DNA of 64,000 nucleotides, taken from the NCBI GenBank assembly GCA_934662565.1, contig CAKUKI010000004.1:98049-162048 (forward strand). The letters run 5' to 3'. The translations under genes were made by a program, and so were the position numbers. Source of the DNA: an uncultured Elusimicrobiales bacterium (GTDB lineage Bacteria > Elusimicrobiota > Elusimicrobia > Elusimicrobiales > Elusimicrobiaceae). Every line of letters begins with the position of its first letter. Position 1 is the stretch's first letter. The notes under the pieces are model-generated. The model saw only the letters and a program-made list of their open reading frames with translations. It did not search any database and was not told the DNA's origin. This document shows positions 1 through 9,768 of this stretch, piece after piece.

Positions 1-447
1 GCCCACAAATTTAGATTGTTCCACCGGGGTCAAAGCGAGCAGGTAATAGCCGTCGGTGGCAATATCCAGCGTAGCCGAAATAAACGCCCCCGCCAAAAAA
101 CCAAAAAGTGAAAGCGTAAAAAAAGTTAAATTATTTTGCTGGGCCGCAAAACTAAATGCGTTTACGGCACACAAAAGCGCCAAGGCCAAAAATAAAACCG
201 CCATGGCCAGTTGGGCGCCCAGTAGCCAACGGCGCTTGGTGCCGCGCGCGTCCACCAGCGGGCTCCAAAACATTTTCAAAATCCACGGCAGGTACAGCCA
301 CCCCGTCCAAAAAGCAATTTGGGTGTTTTCAAAACCCAAGTCCGCATACAACACGGTAGATACCGCATTAATGATAATATACGGCAGACCCTCGGCTAAG
401 TACAAAGTGGGGATAAATGCCCACGGGGTGACGGATTTATTCATCAT
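1..447 (-). CDS. ampG: AmpG-family MFS muropeptide permease, N-terminal part (gene continues beyond the window start)
   Basis: Minus-strand translation from ATG at 447 reads MMNKSVTPWAFIPTLYLAEGLPYIII...FWTGWLYLPWILKMFWSPLVDARGTKRRWLLG with no stop down to nt 1. The FLWSPLxDR and GLP motifs are typical of AmpG. It is missing from the ORF track because no stop lies in the window. Its ATG overlaps the stop of the upstream gene (TAATG). Confidence 0.65.
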   Translation of the reverse strand, partial: MMNKSVTPWAFIPTLYLAEGLPYIIINAVSTVLYADLGFENTQIAFWTGWLYLPWILKMFWSPLVDARGTKRRWLLGAQLAMAVLFLALALLCAVNAFSFAAQQNNLTFFTLSLFGFLAGAFISATLDIATDGYYLLALTPVEQSKFVG

Positions 448-1469
448 TATTTTAAGCTCACCCGCCCTGCCAACAGGTTAGCCAGCGGTTTGGTGGTTTC
501 GTAGCGTTCAAACACCATTTTGGCAATAGCGGTTAAGGGTACGGCCAACAGTGCCCCCATAATGCCCCAAACCAGCGCCCAGTAAATTAAACAGGCAATT
601 ACAATCACGGGGTCTAAATCCATGCCTTTGCCCAACCATTTGGTTTCCAAAATATTGCCAATTACAAAGTGAATGGCCGTCAGCAGACAAAGCGCCAGCA
701 CAATGTGCCAATCTAACCCGTATTGCAAAAAAAGCACCGGCATAGGCAGCATGGTGGAAATAAACGGCCCTAAATTGGGAATAAAGTTTAAGATGAAGGT
801 TAAAATAGCCAACATTCCGGCCAGTTCACTCCCTACGCTTAATAGCACCAGCCAAGTAAAAAACGCCGCCAATAAGGACACAAACAACTTGATGATTAAG
901 TAAAAAGAAATTTGTTTTTGGATCGTGCCCACCAGCGTGGGTTTGTCTACCGCGGAGGAAGCTTTGCCCATAAAAATAAAAATTACAAATAAAGAAATAA
1001 GCGTTAAGTTGGTTAAAAAAGAAACCACCCCGCCGCCAACGCTTTTTACCATATTAAATACCGGTATTTTGTTGAGGGTGTCCACAATAAACTGGGCATT
1101 TAATTTGATGCTATATTTTTGGGCAGTTTGCAAGGCCCATTCCAGCGTATCGTTTAATTTTTCCGTATAAATATCGGCTCCGTTTACAAAAGTTTCTATG
1201 GAACTGGAAACAAAAAATACGGCTAAGGTGGCTAAGCCCAAAAACACGAGGGCGCACGTCACTAACCCCAAAATATAGGGCACTTGCCATTTTTGTTTCA
1301 TAAATCCGGCGGAGGTGTTGGCCACCATATAAATAAACACCGCCAGTACAAAGGGCATCAGCACGGTTTTGGTATAGACCAAAAACGCGGTAAGAGAAGT
1401 AGCCGCCAAAATAAGCATACAAACCGTATTAATGGGGGCGTATTTTTCCAGAGGGTTTTTTGTTAGCAT
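447..1469 (-). CDS. AI-2E family (PerM/YhhT, UPF0118) membrane transporter
   Basis: 340-aa polytopic membrane protein with an AI-2E-like TM layout and conserved C-terminal region (…DPVIVIACLIYWALVWGIMGALLAVPLTAI…). Confidence 0.65.
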   Translation of the reverse strand: MLTKNPLEKYAPINTVCMLILAATSLTAFLVYTKTVLMPFVLAVFIYMVANTSAGFMKQKWQVPYILGLVTCALVFLGLATLAVFFVSSSIETFVNGADIYTEKLNDTLEWALQTAQKYSIKLNAQFIVDTLNKIPVFNMVKSVGGGVVSFLTNLTLISLFVIFIFMGKASSAVDKPTLVGTIQKQISFYLIIKLFVSLLAAFFTWLVLLSVGSELAGMLAILTFILNFIPNLGPFISTMLPMPVLFLQYGLDWHIVLALCLLTAIHFVIGNILETKWLGKGMDLDPVIVIACLIYWALVWGIMGALLAVPLTAIAKMVFERYETTKPLANLLAGRVSLK

Positions 1470-1578
1470 AAAACAGGTTTATCCTTAAAATGGGTTTAGT
1501 ATATGGTAGAAAAAGCACGGCAAAAACGCAAGATACGCGTACGGAAAAACCCCCGGCGTTTTGGGCGCCGGGGCAGGG

Positions 1579-2772
1579 TTAAAATACTTGAATCAGGTTT
1601 TTTGGGTGTGCATAGCCGGAAAATTGGTTTTGCAATACGGGTATCCACTTGCCTTGTTTTTTACCGGGCCAACCCCAAATATAGGTATTGTTTTCCAGTT
1701 GCCCGAGGGTTTTTCCGTGGGGGGTACTCCGCAGCTTTGCCGGGCCGTTTACACGGTATAAAACCGGGGCATATTTGGGTTGATAATCCAAAACGCTTTT
1801 GTTATCCAAAAAATCAACCGATAAATCCCGCTCCGGGGTGTAGTTGGGGCGGTTGACGGCATAAAATTGTTTGGCGTAAAAGGGGCCCCCGTCAAAACAG
1901 CCCACGCTTTTTAAGGGGCTTTCTACAAGCAGGTTGAAATGGCCGATAGGGCCCTGCCAGTTTTGTGCCGTGGTGAGGATATATTCCAAATAATTTTGGG
2001 CCGCAAAACGCTTTTCCCCCCGGGCTGCCGGGGCAGAAAATAGCCGATAGGCAGGGGAATCACCCTCTATACATTTTGAAAAGGGCGCCCCGGTATTGAT
2101 AGTTTTGTAAGACGGGGTATATGTATGCCGTACGGTAATGGTTTTATGCGGCGGAAAGGTTTGTTCCCAAGAGTAGGTAATTTGTTTTTCCCAAAGGGTG
2201 TCGTGTCTGTCTGACATGAGCCAGCCTTCCTGCTCGCCGGATTCGCCTGTTTGCTTATTTAGTACAAGCATATACCCCCAATAAATATACTTGCCGTCTA
2301 TTAATGTTTGGCGTTCTGCCGGGGACAAGGCCAAAAAGCGTTGGTGAAACGTGGCCTCGTCCAAGGATTCTTCCGGATATTTCCAAATTTTTGAGGCAAA
2401 ACCGGGCACGGGCCGCCCGTGTTGCTGTAAGGAAAATTGGGTTTGATAGGGCTGTTCTTTCCCATTTACCCAAAGTTTGAAACGGAACTGATGCGTAGCA
2501 TCCAAATAATCCGTGTAATAATCTAGCACGGCAGAAATGGGCGGAAGCGGGAAAAATACGGCAGTTGTTATGGGCTTGTCGGTGGTGTTTTCAAACAAAT
2601 AGTTTACCTCTATTTGCCCGGGACGGATGTAAAGCGCCTCCGTGCGCATTTTTATCCCATCCTGTTTTTGAAAAACAACCCCGCCCGTGGGTAATACATA
2701 ACCTGCCGTATCGTTGGCACGGGCGGGCATAAAACCACATAAAATAAGAAAGAGAAAAACCAATTTTTTCAT
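1579..2772 (-). CDS. hypothetical secreted protein
   Basis: 397 aa. N-terminal signal peptide MKKLVFLFLILCGFMPARA followed by a hydrophilic, Trp/Tyr-rich domain. No motif recognised. Confidence 0.5.
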   Translation of the reverse strand: MKKLVFLFLILCGFMPARANDTAGYVLPTGGVVFQKQDGIKMRTEALYIRPGQIEVNYLFENTTDKPITTAVFFPLPPISAVLDYYTDYLDATHQFRFKLWVNGKEQPYQTQFSLQQHGRPVPGFASKIWKYPEESLDEATFHQRFLALSPAERQTLIDGKYIYWGYMLVLNKQTGESGEQEGWLMSDRHDTLWEKQITYSWEQTFPPHKTITVRHTYTPSYKTINTGAPFSKCIEGDSPAYRLFSAPAARGEKRFAAQNYLEYILTTAQNWQGPIGHFNLLVESPLKSVGCFDGGPFYAKQFYAVNRPNYTPERDLSVDFLDNKSVLDYQPKYAPVLYRVNGPAKLRSTPHGKTLGQLENNTYIWGWPGKKQGKWIPVLQNQFSGYAHPKNLIQVF

Positions 2773-2991
2773 TTTCTTATTATAATATTTTTAGGAATGT
2801 TTTTTACCTGTAAATACATAATAATTCATATACGGTTCCTTGTCTTTACCAAATTGCTCGGATAAAGATTCCCCCTCTTTAATGGCTTTTTTTGCCGGAT
2901 TGTATCCGTCTACGGAAGGCAGTTTTTTGCCCCATTTCCCGGAGTTCTTCATCCCGGCGGCAGGGTTTATGACTGATATGTGCCCCTGGAA

Positions 2992-3022
2992 CAAAAAAAC
3001 ACCCCCAATAAACGGGAGTGTT
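2992..3022 (-). terminator. rho-independent terminator following the tRNA-Val 3' fragment
   Basis: On the minus strand, hairpin acactcccgtttattgggggtgt followed by TTTTTTT, immediately downstream of the tRNA-fragment CCA end. Confidence 0.45.
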
Positions 3023-3028
3023 TTTATT

Positions 3029-3060
3029 AAATGGTGGGCAGTACAGGATTTGCCTTCCGG
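3029..3060 (-). repeat. partial direct repeat of the tRNA-Val 3' end (T-arm/acceptor 3' half with a 9-nt internal deletion)
   Basis: aaatggtgggcagtacaggatttg (3029-3052) is identical to 3233-3256 at the 3' end of the intact tRNA-Val. Similarity continues through ccttccg after a 9-nt gap (aacctgtga missing). Confidence 0.7.
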
Positions 3061-3203
3061 TCGTTTTGCTGACACAAAACGCCTGCAGGCCGGGCTCGCG
3101 GTTTTTGCCTTGCGCACAGCGGAACCGTTCGGTGCGCAAACAAAAACAACGCTGCGCACTCAAATCCTGCCGCAAGCAAAGCAGTTTGCTTGCTTACTGC
3201 CAA

Positions 3204-3230
3204 TAAAAAACCCTGCAACAAGTGCAGGGT
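3204..3230 (-). terminator. rho-independent terminator of tRNA-Val
   Basis: Hairpin ccctgcaacaagtgcaggg with a T-run on the minus strand directly 3' of the tRNA. Confidence 0.6.
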
Positions 3231-3236
3231 TCTAAA

Positions 3237-3311
3237 TGGTGGGCAGTACAGGATTTGAACCTGTGACCTTCCGCGTGTGAGGCGGACGCGCTACCGCTGC
3301 GCCAACTGCCC
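3237..3311 (-). tRNA. tRNA-Val (anticodon CAC)
   Basis: Reverse complement GGGCAGUUGGCGCAGCGGUAGCGCGUCCGCCUCACACGCGGAAGGUCACAGGUUCAAAUCCUGUACUGCCCACCA. It has a 7-bp acceptor stem, anticodon stem UCCGC/GCGGA with loop CUCACAC, a T-loop GGUUCAAAUCC and an encoded CCA. Confidence 0.9.
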
Positions 3312-3556
3312 GAAAAATGAATGTACATTTATTATAACAATTTATCACGCATTTGGAAAATGTTTTTTGTTTCCCAGCCAAAAACGCGGCCTTTGCACCG
3401 GTTTGGCTTGGGGGGAGTGGGGCGGAACTTTTCCGTCGGGGCGGCTGTTTTTTTCCGTCTGAGGTGCGGGCGCAAGCGTTGGCCCCCTAATTTGATATAC
3501 TATTAGTACCGCATTTTTGCGGGCATTTTACTGGTCCAAGGAGCTTATAAACAAGT

Positions 3557-4237
3557 ATGGATTGGAGTTTGCTGGTAAACGCATTTATTGCTACGCTGGC
3601 TATTTTGAACCCGATTGGCAATATGCCAATTTTTTTGGAACACGTGGAAAATGACGAGCCCAAAGTACAGCGCGCCGTGGCGCTGCTGATGGCGTTGTCT
3701 ATTTTCATTATGCTTACGATATTTTTTATTTTCGGAAGCAAAATTTTAAGCGTGTTCGGTATAACCATTCCCGCCTTCCGCTTGGCAGGGTCTATCATCC
3801 TGTTAGGGGTGGGGTTGCGCATGTTGCAGGGTAAATCTAAATTTGAACGCAACGGCTTGGAAGCCGCCCGCGCCCAAGGCAGCACGTTTGACCGCGCGCG
3901 CGACCGTTTAAGCCATATTGTAGTGCCGGTGGGTATGCCGTTATTTATTGGCCCCGGTTCTATTGCAACGGTTATGTTGTACGCGGAAAAAATTACTACT
4001 TTCCCTATGGCCGTTATGATGATTGTAATGCTGTTTTTATGCGCCGCGGCGGTGGGGGCCGTATTGGTGGCCTCGCGCTATTTGTTTGCTAAAATCGGGC
4101 CGAACGGCACGCAGATTGTCATTCGCTTTATGGGGATGATTTTGTGTTCTATTGCCATGCAGTTTATGATTGACGGCGTGGGCCAATTATTGCCCGGTGT
4201 GTTGGATGCGCACTTTTTAGGCGGTCTTTCCAAATAG
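3557..4237 (+). CDS. MarC family (UPF0056) integral membrane protein
   Basis: 226-aa 6-TM protein with an N-terminal motif AILNPIGNMPIFL typical of the MarC/YhgN family. Confidence 0.7.
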   Translation: MDWSLLVNAFIATLAILNPIGNMPIFLEHVENDEPKVQRAVALLMALSIFIMLTIFFIFGSKILSVFGITIPAFRLAGSIILLGVGLRMLQGKSKFERNGLEAARAQGSTFDRARDRLSHIVVPVGMPLFIGPGSIATVMLYAEKITTFPMAVMMIVMLFLCAAAVGAVLVASRYLFAKIGPNGTQIVIRFMGMILCSIAMQFMIDGVGQLLPGVLDAHFLGGLSK

Positions 4238-4257
4238 CCGTTTTGAAAAGCTGAAAG

Positions 4258-4284
4258 GGCGGCCCCGTTTGCGGCCGCCTTTTT
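4258..4284 (+). terminator. rho-independent terminator
   Basis: ggcggcc-ccgtttgc-ggccgcc hairpin followed by TTTTT. Confidence 0.5.
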
Positions 4285-4300
4285 GTTCTATGGGGGAGAT

Positions 4301-6313
4301 ATGGACCATTTTGAATTAGTTTCCAATTTTCAGCCGGCCGGTGACCAGCCGAAAGCGATTGCCGCCCTTACGCAAGGCGTTTTGCGCGGGGATGCGCGCC
4401 AAACCTTGCTGGGGGTGACGGGCTCCGGCAAAACGTTTACTATTGCCAATGTAATTGCCAATTTGAACCGCCCCACGCTTATTTTATCCCCCAATAAAGT
4501 GTTGGCCGCGCAGTTGTATGCGGAGTTCAAACAATTTTTCCCCCACAACGCGGTGGAATATTTTATTTCTTATTACGATTATTACCAGCCGGAAGCGTAT
4601 ATCCCGCAAACGGATACTTATATAGAAAAAGACTCCGCCGTCAATGAACATATTGATAAACTGCGCCTGAAAGCCACCACCTCTTTGGTCAGCCGCAAAG
4701 ATGTAATTGTGGTGGCATCTGTTTCCTGCATTTACAATATCGGCTCCCCGGATACATTTAAGGAAATGCGTATTTATGTAAAAAAAGGGGGCGAAATGAC
4801 CCGCTCCCAATTAAGCGGGCGGCTGATTAAAATACAATACCTGCGTGACGAATTGGAGTTTACTTCCGGCCGTTTCCGTATGCGCGGGCCGAATACGGAT
4901 ATTATGACCCCATACAGCCAAAACGCGTTGCGGGTGGAAATTTCCGGCAAAACCATTTCGCACATTTACGAAATCCACCCCGTCACTGGGGACGTGGTGG
5001 CGGAGTTGGACGAAGCGTGGATTTATCCGGCCAAGCACTTTGTAGCCACTGATGAAGACACCGCCGGCGCCATAGACCAAATCAAGGCGGATTTGGAATT
5101 GCGCCGCCAAGCCCTTTTGGCGCAAGGCAAAGAAATGGAAGCCTACCGCTTAAAACAACGCACGGAATACGATATAGAAATGCTTTTAACGGCGGGTTAT
5201 TGTTCCGGCATAGAAAACTACTCCCGCTATATGGACGGCCGCAAACCGGGCGAGCGCCCCGCGTGTTTGTTGGATTATTTTTTGCGCTATGACGATTTTT
5301 TAATGGTGGTGGACGAATCCCATGTGGCCCTGCCGCAAGTGCGCGGGATGTTCAACGGGGACAGGGCCCGCAAACAAATGTTGGTGGACTTCGGTTTCCG
5401 CCTGCCGTCCGCATTAGACAACCGCCCCTTAAAATTTGATGAATTTGAAAAATTAATGCCGCAGAGCATTTTTGTTTCGGCCACGCCCGGCCCGTACGAA
5501 CTGACCGTTTGCGGCAACCACATTGTAGAGCAGGTCATCCGCCCTACGGGGTTGGTGGACCCGAAAGTAATAGTCCACCCCACCGAGGGGCAAATTACGC
5601 ATTTGACGGAAAAAATCAAAGAGCATACCGCCAAAGGAGAGCGGACTCTCGTTTTGGCTTTAACCAAAAAAACCGCCGAGGATTTAAGCGCGTATTTTGT
5701 GGAACAGGGCCTTAAAACGCAGTATTTACATTCGGACATAGAATCTTTACAGCGGGTGGAAATTTTGAAGCAATTTCGCCGCGGGGATTTTGATGTGTTG
5801 GTGGGAATTAACCTGTTGCGCGAGGGGATTGATATTCCGCAAGTGGGGTTGGTGGCTATTTTAGGGGCCGATAACGAAGGCTTCCTGCGTAATACCACTA
5901 CGCTTATTCAAATTTCCGGCCGCGCGGCGCGTAATGCGGGCGGAGAGGTTATTTTATATGCGGACCGCAAAACGGATTCTATCCGCTACGCACTGGCGGA
6001 AATGAACCGCCGCCGCACCTTGCAGGAAGCGTACAATAAAGAACACCACATCACGCCCAAAACCATTCAAAAGACGGAAGTGGAGTTAAAAGAATTTGAA
6101 CAACAAACCAAAACCAGCGCGTTTGGTATTTTAAGCCAAACCTTGCCGGAGCCGACGGTGCAAAATATCAAAATGGTAGAAGCGGACGTGGAACAGCAAA
6201 TGCTGCAAGCGGCCGAAAACCTGAATTTTGAATTGGCCGCCGAACTGCGTGACCGCTTGTTTGAACTGCGCCAAATGCAGGTAAAAGGCACGGGTAAAAA
6301 ACGCGGCAAATAA
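4301..6313 (+). CDS. uvrB: excinuclease ABC subunit B
   Basis: The sequence carries MDHFELVSNFQPAGDQPKAI, Walker A GVTGSGKTF, helicase motifs and the C-terminal UvrB/UvrC interaction motif LRDRLFELRQM. ATG at 4301 is preferred over the upstream TTG because GGGGAGA lies 5 nt upstream. Confidence 0.95.
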   Translation: MDHFELVSNFQPAGDQPKAIAALTQGVLRGDARQTLLGVTGSGKTFTIANVIANLNRPTLILSPNKVLAAQLYAEFKQFFPHNAVEYFISYYDYYQPEAYIPQTDTYIEKDSAVNEHIDKLRLKATTSLVSRKDVIVVASVSCIYNIGSPDTFKEMRIYVKKGGEMTRSQLSGRLIKIQYLRDELEFTSGRFRMRGPNTDIMTPYSQNALRVEISGKTISHIYEIHPVTGDVVAELDEAWIYPAKHFVATDEDTAGAIDQIKADLELRRQALLAQGKEMEAYRLKQRTEYDIEMLLTAGYCSGIENYSRYMDGRKPGERPACLLDYFLRYDDFLMVVDESHVALPQVRGMFNGDRARKQMLVDFGFRLPSALDNRPLKFDEFEKLMPQSIFVSATPGPYELTVCGNHIVEQVIRPTGLVDPKVIVHPTEGQITHLTEKIKEHTAKGERTLVLALTKKTAEDLSAYFVEQGLKTQYLHSDIESLQRVEILKQFRRGDFDVLVGINLLREGIDIPQVGLVAILGADNEGFLRNTTTLIQISGRAARNAGGEVILYADRKTDSIRYALAEMNRRRTLQEAYNKEHHITPKTIQKTEVELKEFEQQTKTSAFGILSQTLPEPTVQNIKMVEADVEQQMLQAAENLNFELAAELRDRLFELRQMQVKGTGKKRGK

Positions 6314-6437
6314 CGCGCTTTTACGCGGGGCAGCGCGCGTTTTGGTAGGCCGTCCGGCCCGATATAAGCGGCCCGCCGTTTGGGGGCAACCGTGCCAAGC
6401 ACTGCGCGCCGCGGCCCGAAATTGGTAAAATATAAGT

Positions 6438-7028
6438 ATGGAAGAAATTACCCTCCCTTTACAAGCCGTACAAAAAGTAATTGGCCTGGAGCTGACCGAC
6501 AGCACCAATAATGTGGCCAAGGAACTCGCCCAAGACGGGCAGGAAGCCAATACGCTGGTTCTGGCGTGCCGCCAAACGGGTGGCCGCGGCCAGTTTGACC
6601 GCACTTTCAGCTCCGAAGAAGGCGGCGTTTATTTTTCACTTATTTTGCGCCCTACGGTACACCCGCGGCGCAACAGCAGTTTCAGCCTTAAAGTGGCCCA
6701 AGCCGTCAGCGGTGCGCTGGAAGATTTGTTTGAAATGAAAACCAAAATCAAAGCGCCCAATGATGTGTTGGCGTGGGAGCCTAAAACCAAAAAATGGAAG
6801 AAGATTTGCGGCATTTTGATTGAAACTTCCGCCAAAGAAGATAAAACCGATTGGATGGTGGTGGGGGTTGGTTTGAACGTAAACAACCGCTTGCCCGCCA
6901 GCCTGAAAGATACGGCTGTAAGCGTGAAACAGTTAGTAGGGCAGGAAGTGCTCAAAGAAATTGTATTGGAAGCGGTACTGGAGCATTTTTGGCGCCGGTA
7001 CAGCGAATGGGAACGCTCCGTTTGTTAG
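6438..7028 (+). CDS. birA: biotin--[acetyl-CoA-carboxylase] ligase, catalytic domain only (class I BirA-like)
   Basis: GRGQFDRTFSSEEGGVYFSLILRP matches the BPL motif GRGRRGRxWxSPxGxLYFS. Total 196 aa with no HTH domain. Confidence 0.6.
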   Translation: MEEITLPLQAVQKVIGLELTDSTNNVAKELAQDGQEANTLVLACRQTGGRGQFDRTFSSEEGGVYFSLILRPTVHPRRNSSFSLKVAQAVSGALEDLFEMKTKIKAPNDVLAWEPKTKKWKKICGILIETSAKEDKTDWMVVGVGLNVNNRLPASLKDTAVSVKQLVGQEVLKEIVLEAVLEHFWRRYSEWERSVC

Positions 7029-7047
7029 TTTTTGCTGATATTGAAAA

Positions 7048-7086
7048 ACACACCCCGCTTGTTTGTAGCAAGCGGGGTGTTTCATT
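7048..7086. terminator. bidirectional rho-independent terminator between convergent genes
   Basis: acaccccgcttg-tttgtag-caagcggggtgt hairpin flanked by A/T runs. Confidence 0.55.
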
Positions 7087-7114
7087 TAATGCGGATTTTT
7101 AGCAAAGGTTTGGC

Positions 7115-7483
7115 TTATAAATCCCCAATGGCTTGTTTGACTTTAATGATAAGGTCTTTAAGTACAAAGGGCTTCATGCAAAAATCTTTGACCTGCGGAT
7201 AGGTGGCAAATAATTTTTGGGATTCCGCCAATGCAGAGGTGACAATCACCGGGATAGAGCCCAGTTGTTCGTCGTCGCTCAGCACTCTTACAATAGAGGC
7301 TCCGTCCATACCGGGCAACATCACATCCAACAAAATCAAATGCGGATGAAATTCTTTTATCATGGCCACAGCTTCGCGCCCGCTCTGGCAGGATTTTACT
7401 TCGTACCCTTCGCGCATAAGCACCAGCATAAGCAGTTCCACAATAGATGTTTCGTCTTCAATAATTAATATTCTTTTTTTCAT
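7115..7483 (-). CDS. single-domain response regulator (CheY-like receiver)
   Basis: 122 aa with KRILIIEDE, the conserved LLDVMLPGMDG phospho-acceptor region and a downstream K. No output domain and no kinase nearby. Confidence 0.8.
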   Translation of the reverse strand: MKKRILIIEDETSIVELLMLVLMREGYEVKSCQSGREAVAMIKEFHPHLILLDVMLPGMDGASIVRVLSDDEQLGSIPVIVTSALAESQKLFATYPQVKDFCMKPFVLKDLIIKVKQAIGDL

Positions 7484-7527
7484 AAGGTATTTCCCCCAAA
7501 GGTGGTATATTTATTATACTTTTTTAT

Positions 7528-8262
7528 ATGACAAAAAAAAGTTTTGATGCGTCCGTCCTGCCCCGCATGCGCGCTTTTGCCTGCCAATTTATTAAGCGCG
7601 GCGATAGCGTTTTGGTGGGGCTTTCCGGCGGGCCGGACTCCGTTTGCCTGTTGCATTTTTTGCGCTATTTGGCGGCGGAAAAACATTTTGATTTGGCGGC
7701 TGTGCATGTAAACCACTCCTTGCGCGGCGCGGCGGCCGATAAAGACCAAGCCTTCTGCCGGGAGTTGTGCAAGCAGTTAAATGTGGAGTTTTTCGCGCGC
7801 AAAATTAATGCCCGCCAATTGGCCGAAAAGGGCCGTTTAAGTTTGGAACACGCCGCGCGTAAGGGGCGTTATCAGGCATTGAGCCAAGTAGCTAAAAAAT
7901 GGGGCGCTACCCACGTGGCACTTGGCCACCATTTAGACGACCAGGCCGAAACCGTTTTGCTTAACCTGTTGCGCGGCACGCAAGCCAAAGGGCTGTGCGG
8001 TATTCCCGTCACGCGGCCACTTACGGCGGGGGTGCAAATTGTGCGGCCGCTTTTGTGCATTACGCGGGCGGAGGTGGAGGCGTATTTACAGCACAACCGC
8101 CTTTCTTGCGTGACGGACCAAACCAACGCGGATGACGCTTTTACGCGCAACTGGATTCGCTTGCGTTTGTTGCCTATGTTGGAAGAAAAACAACCGCAAA
8201 TCCGCGCGCATTTGGCCGGTATGGCCGCGCAATTACAGGAACTGTTTGCCGCTAAAGAATAG
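7528..8262 (+). CDS. tilS: tRNA(Ile)-lysidine synthetase, short form (N-terminal PP-loop ATPase domain)
   Basis: PP-loop SGGPDS. 244 aa in total, with no long C-terminal tRNA-binding extension. Confidence 0.75.
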   Translation: MTKKSFDASVLPRMRAFACQFIKRGDSVLVGLSGGPDSVCLLHFLRYLAAEKHFDLAAVHVNHSLRGAAADKDQAFCRELCKQLNVEFFARKINARQLAEKGRLSLEHAARKGRYQALSQVAKKWGATHVALGHHLDDQAETVLLNLLRGTQAKGLCGIPVTRPLTAGVQIVRPLLCITRAEVEAYLQHNRLSCVTDQTNADDAFTRNWIRLRLLPMLEEKQPQIRAHLAGMAAQLQELFAAKE

Positions 8263-8304
8263 TTTGGCCCCGCGGTGGGCTCAATTTGATAACATATACA
8301 TAAT

Positions 8305-9768
8305 ATGGGTACCAGTAAAATATTACAATTAGCGTATTTGAACCGGCTGGAAGTGCGGGATTTGACGTTTGATTCCAACGCGGTGCGCCCGGGCAGTGTG
8401 TTTTTTGCCCTAAAAGGCGCGCGCGTGGACGGCAACCGGTTTATTCCGCAAGCGGTGGCAAACGGAGCCGTGATGGTGGTTTCCGCGTTTCCGACGGCCC
8501 AAAATTACGGGGTTTTGTATGTCCAATCGGACGATATTGACCGCGATATGGCGGATGCCGCGTATGAATTTTACGGCCGTCCGTCGGATAAGTTAAACAT
8601 TATCGGCATAACGGGTACCAAGGGCAAAACCTCTATTGCCTATTTAACGGAAAGTATTTTAACCCATGCCCGCAAGCGCGTCAGTGCGTTGGGTACGGTC
8701 AACTACCGCATTAACGGGCAGGTGGAGTGCGCCGCCCCCAACACCACGCCGGCGGCGTTGCCGTTGTTTAAGCTGATGCACAAAATGGTTGCCCGGCAGA
8801 GTGAATATTTGGTAATGGAAGTTTCTTCCCACGCGCTAGACCAGCAGCGGGTGCGCCGTATGGATTTTAATGTGGCGGTTTTTACCAATTTACAGCGGGA
8901 CCATTTGGATTACCACTTAACTTTTGATAATTATTTTAATGCCAAGCGCAAACTGTTTGAAAATTTAGTTCACCCGCTCAATAAAAAACAAAACCGCGCG
9001 GCTGTGATTAATACAGACGACCCATACGGCCGCCGTTTGGCGCAGGAATTAAAGGGCCGCGTGCGCGTTTTAACTTTCGGGCTGGAAACCCCCGCGGATT
9101 ATACCGCCACGGATATACAGGAAACGTTAGACGGCACCGCGTTTAAGCTTAATGGCCGCGCGTGCAAAATCCGCCTGTTGGGGCGGCACAATGTGTATAA
9201 CGCGCTGGCGGCCTTTGCCGCGTGCGTGAGCCAAGGGATAGACGAAGTCACCGCGCTGGAAGGGCTGGGGGCGTTATCCGGCGTATCCGGCAGAATGGAA
9301 CAAATTTGCGCCGGACAGGATTTTTATGTATTTGTGGATTTTGCGTATACGGACGAATCTCTCCGGCGGGCGTATGAGGTGGTGGAGCGGTTCAAACAAG
9401 GGCGCGTGATAACCGTTTTCGGTTGCGGGGGGGAGCGTGACCGCACCAAGCGCCCGCTGATGGGCCGCACGGCTTGCACGCATAGTGATTGGGTCTTTTT
9501 AACGAACGATAACCCCAGACGCGAAGACCCGCGGCAGATTTTTGATGATATTTTGCAAGGGATGCAAGGTTGCACTCACTACACTTTACAGCCGGACCGC
9601 GCCCAAGCTATCCGCAGTGCGTTGGAAACGGCCCGCCCGCAGGATATTGTAATTATTGCCGGTAAAGGGCACGAAGATTACCAAATTATCGGCACGGAAA
9701 AACGCCACTTTTCGGACCAAGAAACGGCCCGCGCGTGGCTGAAGGAAAAGTATGTTTCGCAAAAATAA
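8305..9768 (+). CDS. murE: UDP-N-acetylmuramoyl-L-alanyl-D-glutamate--2,6-diaminopimelate ligase
   Basis: Mur ligase signature GITGTKGKTS, the DNPR motif (TNDNPRREDP) and 487 aa total. Confidence 0.9.
   Translation: MGTSKILQLAYLNRLEVRDLTFDSNAVRPGSVFFALKGARVDGNRFIPQAVANGAVMVVSAFPTAQNYGVLYVQSDDIDRDMADAAYEFYGRPSDKLNIIGITGTKGKTSIAYLTESILTHARKRVSALGTVNYRINGQVECAAPNTTPAALPLFKLMHKMVARQSEYLVMEVSSHALDQQRVRRMDFNVAVFTNLQRDHLDYHLTFDNYFNAKRKLFENLVHPLNKKQNRAAVINTDDPYGRRLAQELKGRVRVLTFGLETPADYTATDIQETLDGTAFKLNGRACKIRLLGRHNVYNALAAFAACVSQGIDEVTALEGLGALSGVSGRMEQICAGQDFYVFVDFAYTDESLRRAYEVVERFKQGRVITVFGCGGERDRTKRPLMGRTACTHSDWVFLTNDNPRREDPRQIFDDILQGMQGCTHYTLQPDRAQAIRSALETARPQDIVIIAGKGHEDYQIIGTEKRHFSDQETARAWLKEKYVSQK

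Noticed and set aside
56-481. 141-aa plus-strand ORF at the window start.
   Set aside because: It is opposite the ampG-like gene, whose minus-strand frame has clear family motifs, so it is the shadow frame.
2791-3235. Overlapping ORFs of 122 and 131 aa between the secreted-protein gene and tRNA-Val, including a possible 53-aa Lys-rich peptide (MKNSGKWGKKLPS...).
   Set aside because: They span the tRNA-fragment repeat and two terminator hairpins. There is no convincing RBS and the region is most likely non-coding.
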